From positions 1 through 59,244 of IMG/VR virus record IMGVR_UViG_3300033067_002000: a stretch of 59,244 bases of DNA; one strand, 5' to 3'. The translations under genes were made by a program, and so were the position numbers. Positions 1 through 7,833 of the stretch are shown here, piece after piece (position 1 is the first letter of the stretch; each line of letters starts with the position of its first letter). The notes beneath the pieces are model-generated. The model saw nothing but the letters and a program-made list of their open reading frames with translations. It was not told the DNA's origin and ran no database searches. The stretch is from a virus (taxonomy: Duplodnaviria > Caudoviricetes).

Positions 1-2
1 GG

Positions 3-1178
3 CTTCGTCTTGTCGCTCGCCTTGAGCCGCGCGAGCTTCTTGGTGGCCTCGTTGTACGCTGTGGTGAAGCCGTCCAAGAACTCCTTCTTGGTCGTGAACA
101 CCACAGCGTCGGCCGCGATCTCCTCGGGCAGCTTGATCGGCTTGCGCCCCGACTTGGGCTTCTCATCCCCGCCGGCGGCGGCCTTTGTCTGCTTGTCGAG
201 CCAGTTCTGCACCATGGTCTCGACGTCCTTGGGGGCCATCTCGCTCGCCACGGCGTCGCACGCCATCTGGGTCTGCACGTCCGCGTCGGTCACGCGCTTG
301 AGATGGCGCACCGTGGTGATCGCGTGGCTCTTGAACGGTTCATCGACGCCCGCGCGGATCAGCTTCTGCACGCGCTGGTCGAGCTTGCCGATGGCGCGGT
401 AGTGGCTGACGTAGCCGTCGGTCTTCTCGCCGAACATCGCCGCGATCTCGGTGGCCTTCATGCCGAGCGTGATCAGCTTCTCGAAGTACATGTACGTGTC
501 CCACGCGGACATGTCTTCGCGCTGCACGTTCTCCTTGCCGGCGTGCTCCAGGTACTCGCGCAGGCCGCCCGTGATGATCATCGGAACGGCGTTGATCTCC
601 TTGACTTCGCCCTTCACGGCGGCGGCGACGCGGCGACGGCCCACGACCGTGATCCAGCACTCCTTGCCCGTCTTGATGTTCTTTGCCCACGTGATGGCCG
701 GGGGCTGTAGCATCTTCTGCTTGATCGACGCCACAAACGCGTCGTCGACGTGCGCCGGCTGGTCGCGGGCGTCGACCCTCGACGTTTGGATGGTCTTCGG
801 CGAGATCTTGACGATCTCGGCGAGCGCGCCGTCCGGAGCCTTGGCGTAGTCAGGGACGTACGGCAGGAACTCGTATTCGAAGCCCAGCTTCTCGGCATCC
901 TCGCGGTTCTTGGCCCCGAGCGCGTCGAGCTCGGTGGCGGCCTTGGTGGCCTTCTTGGCTTCGGGCTTCTCGTTCTTCGCGGCGGGCTTTGCTTCGGGCT
1001 TCTCGTTCTTCGCGGCTTCGGGCTTTTTGTCGGCGGGCTTGGCGGCGGTCGCGCTCTTGCCAACCGCCGCCCCAACGACGAGGGTCTCAGGGCTTCGCGC
1101 GGGCGGCGAAACCGGCGCGGGGACGGGCGTGTCCGTCTTCTTGATCTCGGTCTTGTCTTGTTCGTTCTCGATCTTCAT
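3..1178 (-). CDS. parB: ParB/Spo0J-like DNA-binding protein; runs off the left edge; Lys/Ala/Pro-rich N-terminal tail
   Basis: Not in the ORF track because it is truncated. Manual translation from ATG 1178 (GGAGAG upstream) gives MKIENEQDK...VVGRRRVAA...ENVQREDMS...GMKATEIAAMFGEKTDGYVSHY, i.e. the ParB arginine patch, ENxQREDL motif and HTH. Confidence 0.8.
   Translation of the reverse strand, partial: MKIENEQDKTEIKKTDTPVPAPVSPPARSPETLVVGAAVGKSATAAKPADKKPEAAKNEKPEAKPAAKNEKPEAKKATKAATELDALGAKNREDAEKLGFEYEFLPYVPDYAKAPDGALAEIVKISPKTIQTSRVDARDQPAHVDDAFVASIKQKMLQPPAITWAKNIKTGKECWITVVGRRRVAAAVKGEVKEINAVPMIITGGLREYLEHAGKENVQREDMSAWDTYMYFEKLITLGMKATEIAAMFGEKTDGYVSHYRAIGKLDQRVQKLIRAGVDEPFKSHAITTVRHLKRVTDADVQTQMACDAVASEMAPKDVETMVQNWLDKQTKAAAGGDEKPKSGRKPIKLPEEIAADAVVFTTKKEFLDGFTTAYNEATKKLARLKASDKTK
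957..1030 (-). repeat. In-frame tandem repeat encoding KPEAAKNEKPEAKPAAKNEKPEA
   Basis: Repeated cttcgggcttctcgttcttcgcggc units. Confidence 0.75.
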
Positions 1179-1196
1179 GTTGAATCTCTCCAGATG

Positions 1197-1249
1197 TGTG
1201 AGTTGAACCCGAAACACCACGCGTGTGTTCAGGGTCTGTGAGTTGAACC
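1197..1249. repeat. 13-bp direct repeat TGTGAGTTGAACC x2 (40-bp period) upstream of the parB-like gene
   Basis: Exact copies at 1197-1209 and 1237-1249. Confidence 0.7.
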
Positions 1250-1475
1250 GCTTCACCTCGCAGAACCCGTTCAAGGTCAGCGAGAGTCGTCTTGCGGTTG
1301 ATTAAACGGATGGGTAATGAACCCAGCGGCTGCCCGTTGGCCAAGTGCGAATAACACGCCCAGAACTCAACCGCAATGGCTGATGTATCATGGGCGCACG
1401 TTTCGTACGCGGTAAACAGGTAGTTGAGGATGCGACGGTGAATCACGTCGCTGGCGAAGAGGTGCTTGCCTTCGC

Positions 1476-1694
1476 TTAACGCTCGAAGGGTGCGGTTCCG
1501 CAGTTCGGACACTGCCGCGTATGCGTTGATGGGTTTGCGACGACCGGAGCTTTGCATCGTGGACACAACGGCAGGTTTGCCACGGACGGTCTACGGGGTA
1601 AAGCCACCTTAGTCCGTCCTTCTACCGTGTTCTCGTTCGGATTTACGGCAGCTTCTTCACAACCAGTGTCAACGCCGTACTTTTCGTGAGCCAT
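1476..1694 (-). CDS. Small zinc-ribbon protein (72 aa)
   Basis: AAGGAG SD before MAHEKYGV; CPRC...CPNCG pair. Confidence 0.7.
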   Translation of the reverse strand: MAHEKYGVDTGCEEAAVNPNENTVEGRTKVALPRRPSVANLPLCPRCKAPVVANPSTHTRQCPNCGTAPFER

Positions 1695-1919
1695 GGGTGC
1701 TTCTCCTTGCAGGCAGGGCACACGATGCGCACTGAGCCTGTCGAGGTGAATGCTACCAGAACCCAAGGGGTGCCAGGTACTTGCTGGCCGAAATATCCGC
1801 AGTCGACACAGGTGGCGTAGTCGGGAAAAGGCTCAGTGTCAGTCTTCCCTGGCGTGCGATAGGGATCACACGCAGGAATATGCGGGGCGTGGCCTCAATT
1901 CAATCCCATGGGTTGCCTT

Positions 1920-2732
1920 TCAGTACTGCCGACCTCGACAGATCAACCAGTACGAGCACCACTTTTTGGTGCACTTCCAGGAGTCGATCGACGTACGAGG
2001 GAAAATCCCCCGCTTGATCAGATCGACGGTCTCCTCGTAGTCCTCCTTCAAAACAGCCACATCGCGCGGCGTCCGCGTCGTCGGGAGCCGGTGCAGCGCG
2101 GGCGTCTTGGTGGAGACCAGATTGTCGATTCGTCCGTTTACGTGACCTTGTACCGCAGAGTACAGCGTGAGTTGTGTATCGTTCTTGACGTCAGACTCCG
2201 ACCACTTCGAAGCTGACGTCTTGAGGTCGACGATCACGTACTTGCCCGGATCGGCCGGGTTCTCGCGCTCGTGGTCGATCAAGTCGATGATGCCGCGCAC
2301 AACCACGGTACCAAGCTTGCCGATGAACGGAACCTCCACTTCTACCGGGTTGAGCTTCGGGAGGGCTTGGGCGTGATATACGTGGTACATCCCGAGCGTC
2401 GCTTCTCGGTGCTTGTCCTTACTCTCTTCACCCCAATCCTCGATCTCCTCCGCCTTCTTGTCGTAGGTGTGGTGGAGCACTGTCACCTGCTGCTCCCACT
2501 CCGGCATCGTCTTTTTGTCGCGGATGTGCTTGAGCGCCATCTCGGCAGCCATGTGAATGGCGGAGCCCCGCGCCAAAGACGGTGAGCCGGCGGTGGGGAT
2601 TTTCTCGATGTACTTCTTGCAGTACGACCTGGGGCAACTTTTGTAGCAGTCGTATTGCGAGTGAGAGAACGCACCGCCAGGAAGGTCCGGGTCCGCTTGA
2701 TCAGGTGGGAGTACAGGGAGGTGAGTGCTCAT
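1920..2732 (-). CDS. PD-(D/E)XK RecB/Cas4-like exonuclease
   Basis: SHSQ...CPR, GSAIH, GIIDLID, DLKTS, QLTLY, and C-terminal C...WCSY..C Fe-S-type cysteines. Confidence 0.88.
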   Translation of the reverse strand: MSTHLPVLPPDQADPDLPGGAFSHSQYDCYKSCPRSYCKKYIEKIPTAGSPSLARGSAIHMAAEMALKHIRDKKTMPEWEQQVTVLHHTYDKKAEEIEDWGEESKDKHREATLGMYHVYHAQALPKLNPVEVEVPFIGKLGTVVVRGIIDLIDHERENPADPGKYVIVDLKTSASKWSESDVKNDTQLTLYSAVQGHVNGRIDNLVSTKTPALHRLPTTRTPRDVAVLKEDYEETVDLIKRGIFPRTSIDSWKCTKKWCSYWLICRGRQY

Positions 2733-3412
2733 TCCACGGGCTCGCGACCCATGGTGTCGTCAAGGTCATTCGGGGCCGGGTCTGTGTTGGAAAAGTGCGG
2801 CCCCTGCGACGCCAACTTTTCGGAGTGTTCCATGATCTTGGCCAACTCCGCTTGATCCGCCTCGTCGAGCTCAGTAGAAAGGACGATCGCACGGTCCGGC
2901 GGCGCTACAGGCATTTCGGGGTCTGGAGCCTCTTCAGGAAACACCAAGTCGCTGCTCTCCTCGTCAGCTTCAAAGGCGTTCACGATCTCGCTCGCGGCGC
3001 CCGAAGCGTTTGGCGGCGTATAACCCACAAGGCTGCCGGCGCCCTTGCTCGCCGCCCTGTCGAGAACGCGAATGCGCGGCGCCCGGTACGTGAGCGGCAC
3101 CGGCGGAGCCGTGGTCTTGAGCAGGTCGTTGTTGGCGACGTGCTTCTTGGGTGGCGGCGGGGCACGCCTTGGCGCTGGTGCTGGCGCGCGCGCAATCGCC
3201 GGTCGCATTTCGGCGGGCGCCGTAGGGCTGCTCGGCGCCTGCCTCGCGTTCGGGTCGAACTCGACGCCGCGAATCTCGACCTCGATCTCGCACTCGTCCG
3301 GCGCGATCGAGAACAAGAAGTTGTGCGGGCTGGGGTCGACGGAGTAGCCCTGGGTGCGCAAGTAGAGCACCAAGGCCTTGCAAACGTCGTTGTGTTCAAA
3401 CTGCATCTTCAT
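2729..3412 (-). CDS. Hypothetical protein (short globular N-terminus, Pro-rich/acidic tail)
   Basis: GAAGGAG SD before ATG 3412; overlaps both neighbours in an operon-like way. Confidence 0.6.
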   Translation of the reverse strand: MKMQFEHNDVCKALVLYLRTQGYSVDPSPHNFLFSIAPDECEIEVEIRGVEFDPNARQAPSSPTAPAEMRPAIARAPAPAPRRAPPPPKKHVANNDLLKTTAPPVPLTYRAPRIRVLDRAASKGAGSLVGYTPPNASGAASEIVNAFEADEESSDLVFPEEAPDPEMPVAPPDRAIVLSTELDEADQAELAKIMEHSEKLASQGPHFSNTDPAPNDLDDTMGREPVE

Positions 3413-5498
3413 GATTTTCTTCTCCTTCAATCACTTCAACGGGCGCGGAGGGTTTGTCCACCGCTGCCGCGTACAAACACGTCGCTTGAAACGGCAACGT
3501 ACCGTTCTGCGCACAGAGCGCCTGTTGATCACACTGCGCGCAGACCACCCTTTCGGCAATGGTCAGAGAAATGCGCTTTTTGTCCTCAAGCACCGTTGCG
3601 ACGAATCGATCCATCGCGTACGTCGCGTTGGACGTGAGGAGGCGGAGCACCGTCATAGGCCTTTTCTGCCCGATGCGGTACGCGCGGTCCATGGACTGCC
3701 GGTACTGAAGAGGGTCCCACGGCACGGAGTAGTAGATCGTGTAGTTGGCTGCCGTGAGCGTAATGCCGATACCTGTCGAGACCTGGCTGAAGTACACGCG
3801 GCAGTTTGGGTCTGTCTGAAACTTGTCTTCGCACGCACTCTTGTTGGAGGTCTTCCCATCAACACGAACGAAGGCGATTTTCTGAGTCACAGGAACGCCG
3901 TCTACGACGACTGAAAGTCGTATAGCTTTAAGCGCCTCTTGGATGTCTTCGAGCTCAGCGGTGCGGTTCGACCAAACGATGACCTTGTTCGTGGGATCGG
4001 CTTCGAGGATGTCGACCAGCGTTGACTTGAACAAGTCGAGCTTCGGGTTCTCCATGTCGCGCAGAATCGTCTTCGGCACGGTCTCCGGATACACCTTGCA
4101 CTTCTTTGTGTAAGGCCTGATCTTCGACTCGACACACGGAAGCATGTACGGGCACTCGTCACACACGGAGGTGTCTGCGCCGAGCGTCACAAAGCCAGAC
4201 ACGACCTGAAGCAGCTTGTTGGAGCGATCCGCGCCGTTGGCCAGGTTGCGACCTTCAGAAACGGGAAGCTCCTGATCCTCCAAAGCTGCCGGGTTCATGT
4301 ACGCCAGCATGGGTGCCACGGACGTTCGAAGCTTGAGCACCAGCTCGTTGTACCGGGCACGCTGTGTTGGGCCCATGTCGAAGTAACGATCCTCGATCAC
4401 CAGCGGCGGTAGATCGATGCACTCGGACTTCTTCATCCGGATCGCGATCTGATTCACACGATCGTTGAGCTCATTCAGGAGACGAAATCCCCGCACAATG
4501 TGCTTGTTGAACTTTGAGAACACCACATGGTGGTCGACGAACTTCCGGTACGGCATCGGCACGAGCGCAGGGGACAAAAAGTACAGTTGCGCGTACGCTT
4601 TGCGCGGATCGTCTCCAAACGTACCTGTGAGGCACAGCCGCCGGGACGCTTTGGCTGAAAGTTCAATCGCGGCCTGCGTGCGGCCGGATTCCCAATTACC
4701 CATGTAGTGGCTTTCATCCGCGATGATCATGTCGTAGTCGAGCTGATAGAGGTGGTGTTGAACATCCCAGCGGTACTGCTCAACTTGCTCCGCCGTAAGT
4801 AGGGGCAAGTTGTACTGAAGGCGCTTGGCGTCAGGGATTCGAAGCTCCTTAGCCGCATGATCGGCCTTGTCCTTTTCGATTCGTACGCGATCGTAAGACG
4901 CAAGGACCATGTCGGCGTCTTGGGCTGCTGCTACGGCTTTACGCGATCCGTCCCACTCCACCACCTTCCAGGTCTTTGAAGTACAGCGAAGGGCGTCACG
5001 TTTCCAGCTGTCGAGCACGACCGGCGGCGCAATCACGAGAGCCTTGTTGAACTCCCCGCGCTTGCGTAAAAGGCGCAGGCCGTCGCTTACGGTCCGTGTC
5101 TTCCCGGTACCCATGTCCCACAAGATCAAGGATCGCCTGTACGACACGATCCGCTGCATCCCGAGGGGTTGATGCCTGTACGGCGTAAAATCGTCAGGGA
5201 AGTCGAGGTCGATCTCGACGTGGTTTCCCGCGTAGTAGGCAATCTCCGCCGCCGTCCAAGTCGCGAGGTCGTCGCGCGCGGCCTTGAGGTGATCAAGAGC
5301 GCGGTCGTCCCAGTGCGCCGTTGGGTACATCTTCCGGATGTCCGAAAATACCCACTGCGCGAACGGGGCGTACGCAGGAAATAGCCACGTCCCGTCGAGA
5401 TAGGACGCGCCCCACGCGCGGCGAAGCACGCTGTGCTCCCCCTCAGAGATCGAGAACGCGGGAGTAGACTTACCTAAGAGTATGCCGTTGATCTGCAT
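3396..5498 (-). CDS. SNF2/Swi2-family helicase
   Basis: DMGTGKT (motif I), DESH (II), LTGT (III), GIGITLTAA, QSMDRAYRIGQ (VI). Start reassigned to MQING after GAGGGAG. Confidence 0.93.
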   Translation of the reverse strand: MQINGILLGKSTPAFSISEGEHSVLRRAWGASYLDGTWLFPAYAPFAQWVFSDIRKMYPTAHWDDRALDHLKAARDDLATWTAAEIAYYAGNHVEIDLDFPDDFTPYRHQPLGMQRIVSYRRSLILWDMGTGKTRTVSDGLRLLRKRGEFNKALVIAPPVVLDSWKRDALRCTSKTWKVVEWDGSRKAVAAAQDADMVLASYDRVRIEKDKADHAAKELRIPDAKRLQYNLPLLTAEQVEQYRWDVQHHLYQLDYDMIIADESHYMGNWESGRTQAAIELSAKASRRLCLTGTFGDDPRKAYAQLYFLSPALVPMPYRKFVDHHVVFSKFNKHIVRGFRLLNELNDRVNQIAIRMKKSECIDLPPLVIEDRYFDMGPTQRARYNELVLKLRTSVAPMLAYMNPAALEDQELPVSEGRNLANGADRSNKLLQVVSGFVTLGADTSVCDECPYMLPCVESKIRPYTKKCKVYPETVPKTILRDMENPKLDLFKSTLVDILEADPTNKVIVWSNRTAELEDIQEALKAIRLSVVVDGVPVTQKIAFVRVDGKTSNKSACEDKFQTDPNCRVYFSQVSTGIGITLTAANYTIYYSVPWDPLQYRQSMDRAYRIGQKRPMTVLRLLTSNATYAMDRFVATVLEDKKRISLTIAERVVCAQCDQQALCAQNGTLPFQATCLYAAAVDKPSAPVEVIEGEENHEDAV

Positions 5499-5533
5499 GC
5501 TGTGCTCCCTCGTTTTAGAGCAAGAGGCCGTTG

Positions 5534-7291
5534 ATGAGTATGGACGTGGCTGGGTTTGACACTGGAGGCGGGTCACAGGAGGGTTGGGGCGCACGCGGCG
5601 CGGCTCATCCCAACCCGATGAACGACTACCTGACAGGCTTCTATCCCAGGAAGCTCAAGGACGTTTTCAAGTGGGCAGAGTTCCTTCGGACCCGTAGCGC
5701 ACACGTCTGCAACGTCGTGCGTTCGTTCGGTGAGTACCCCATCACCCGGTTCATCTACGAAGAGGCAGGTAACGACAACGAAAAGAAGCGACACAAGGAG
5801 GCCCTCGAAACGCACTTGCAGCTGAAGGGGTTTTTGACGCAGGTCTCGGGCGACTTGTGGACGTACGGCAACTGCTTCGTCTCCGTGTACGAGCCAATTC
5901 TTCGAGAGCTCAAGTGCACAAGTTGTGGTACGTGGGAGAACATTACAGCGGCCGACTACACCTTCAACTTGGACAAGTTGCAGTTCAAAATGAATTGCCG
6001 TGCATGCAAGTTGAAGAACTCGGTCGCCGAAGTGAAGGACTTGCCGCTTCGTAAGCCCGAGCGTCTCAAGCTTCTTCTCTGGGATCCGAAGGCGATCGAC
6101 ATCGAGCACAACCCGGTCACCGGCGAGGCGGTTTACTACTACCAGATTCCGCGCGACACGATCGCGAAGGTTCGTGCCGGCGAGAAGGTTCAGATCAACC
6201 ACACGCCGATGGGGATGTTGCGGGCCATGCAGGACCGCAAGACCTTCAAGTTCGAAGACGACAAGATCTTCCACTTGAAGATGAAGGGGCCTTCAGGGCT
6301 CCAAGCGCAGTGGGGTCACTCACCGATGACGGCGGCCATCGGGCCGTTCATGTTCGCGGCAACACTCCGCAAGGCCAACGAAGCCATCGCGCTCGACCAC
6401 CTCACGCCGATGCGGATCATTCACCCGCTGGCGGGTAGCGCGCAGGGAGATCCGCTCACGACGATCCCTCTCGACGAGTGGCGCACGCAGATGGAGCGCA
6501 ACCTGCGTCTGTTCCGTCGCGACCCCCTTCGCATCCAGTTCTCTCCCATCCCCGTCGGCGTACAAAACGTCGGCGGTGAAGGCCGTGCGATGCTCACCCT
6601 CGGTGAGCTGCAAGAAGCGGAGAAGGCCATCATCATGGCCTTCGGCGTCCCCATGGAGTTTGTCACCGGCGGTCTCGGCCAGACGCGTGGCGAAATTACG
6701 TTGCGGATGATCGAGAACAAGCTCCAGACACACATTGAAAACTTGAACTCACTGATCCAATGGGTGGAGAAGAAGGTCGCCATCTTCATGGGCTGGGGTT
6801 TCGTCAAGGTCCGCCTCGCCGACTTCAAGATGATCGACGACATGGACAACAAGCAGTTGAAGATGTCCCTCTTCGACCGTCAGATCGTGTCCGAAATGAC
6901 CGTGGCCGAGATGCTCAATATCGATCTCGCACACGAGCGCGATCAGCGCTACGAGGACACGATCGCCAACGAGAAGGTCAAGCAGAAGACCAGCATCGCC
7001 GTTCAAAAGCTCCAGATCGCTCTCTCGCAGCAGGCGCAGCAAGGGGCCTTGCAGGCGCAAGGTGGGATGGCGTACGACCAACAGCAGATCATTGCTCAGG
7101 CCGATCAACGTGTGCAAGAGTTGATCGGACTCGACGCGGGCTCGCGCAGGTCCGTGCTCGACAAGATGAAGGGCGAGGACTTCGTCATGTACTCAGTCAT
7201 TGTTCAACGGCTTGAGCAGACACAGCAGGATCAGATGGCGCAGATGAAAGCCCAGGGCGGCGGTGGTGAGACGCAAGGGGTAGCGGCATGA
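5534..7291 (+). CDS. Portal protein with Zn-ribbon insertion
   Basis: YGNCFV, IFHLK, WGHSP and AFGVP portal-like segments; CTSC...CRAC insertion; first gene of the structural region. Confidence 0.72.
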   Translation: MSMDVAGFDTGGGSQEGWGARGAAHPNPMNDYLTGFYPRKLKDVFKWAEFLRTRSAHVCNVVRSFGEYPITRFIYEEAGNDNEKKRHKEALETHLQLKGFLTQVSGDLWTYGNCFVSVYEPILRELKCTSCGTWENITAADYTFNLDKLQFKMNCRACKLKNSVAEVKDLPLRKPERLKLLLWDPKAIDIEHNPVTGEAVYYYQIPRDTIAKVRAGEKVQINHTPMGMLRAMQDRKTFKFEDDKIFHLKMKGPSGLQAQWGHSPMTAAIGPFMFAATLRKANEAIALDHLTPMRIIHPLAGSAQGDPLTTIPLDEWRTQMERNLRLFRRDPLRIQFSPIPVGVQNVGGEGRAMLTLGELQEAEKAIIMAFGVPMEFVTGGLGQTRGEITLRMIENKLQTHIENLNSLIQWVEKKVAIFMGWGFVKVRLADFKMIDDMDNKQLKMSLFDRQIVSEMTVAEMLNIDLAHERDQRYEDTIANEKVKQKTSIAVQKLQIALSQQAQQGALQAQGGMAYDQQQIIAQADQRVQELIGLDAGSRRSVLDKMKGEDFVMYSVIVQRLEQTQQDQMAQMKAQGGGGETQGVAA

Positions 7292-7698
7292 GCGGCGATT
7301 GGTACGATGAGCAGAAGCAGGAGCAACAGGACAAGCCGCGCGGCGTGCGTCCGTATGCGCGCAGCCTGGACGAAGACACGCCCACGCGGCGCAAAGAAAA
7401 GGTGCACCACGACACCTTCTCGCTCTTCCGTCCGTGGCGGGGCTGCTCTCGATGCAAAAAAGAGCTGGGGCCCGACCTGGTGGGTCTGCCAGAAAACTCC
7501 GACTACGTATGCCCGCACACCCGGAAAGCCGAGTACGTCGAGCTGATCGCAAGCATCCGCAACAACCCGAACATGATCCGGCTCTCGCATCGCGAGTTTT
7601 CGACCGATCGCGGCGAGACGTTCGCGCAAGTGACGTGGGCGACGCCGGAAGAACCCGTCGCAGTGGCGCCCCGGAAGGCGCCGCTGCGGGAGCTCTAG
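7288..7698 (+). CDS. Hypothetical protein (CxxC...CPH)
   Basis: ATGA overlap with the portal stop codon. Confidence 0.6.
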   Translation: MSGDWYDEQKQEQQDKPRGVRPYARSLDEDTPTRRKEKVHHDTFSLFRPWRGCSRCKKELGPDLVGLPENSDYVCPHTRKAEYVELIASIRNNPNMIRLSHREFSTDRGETFAQVTWATPEEPVAVAPRKAPLREL

Positions 7699-7702
7699 GT
7701 CG

Positions 7703-7753
7703 TTACTTCGACCACGCTCGGACGACCAACCTCAAGATGCTTACGATCACCAT
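7703..7753 (-). CDS. 16-aa hydrophobic/basic peptide MVIVSILRLVVRAWSK
   Basis: GGAGGT SD just upstream of the ATG; fits inside the intergenic gap; below the ORF-track size cutoff. Confidence 0.5.
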   Translation of the reverse strand: MVIVSILRLVVRAWSK

Positions 7754-7833
7754 GAGAAACCTCCAGTAGTTCTGAGGGCAACCTTTGCCCTACGTAGTCT
7801 TTTACCGCGTGAAGTAGCTATTCTTCGCACGCG

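Noticed and set aside
10-1241. Short ORFs listed at the left end
   Set aside because: Explained by the truncated minus-strand ParB-like gene missing from the track.
1087-1566. 159-aa minus-strand ORF
   Set aside because: Overlaps the Zn-ribbon gene and the parB start. A shorter gene from GTG 1446 is possible but unsupported.
1920-2732. Cas4-like nuclease as evidence of CRISPR-Cas
   Set aside because: No repeat-spacer array or other cas genes seen; solo Cas4-like nucleases are common in phages.
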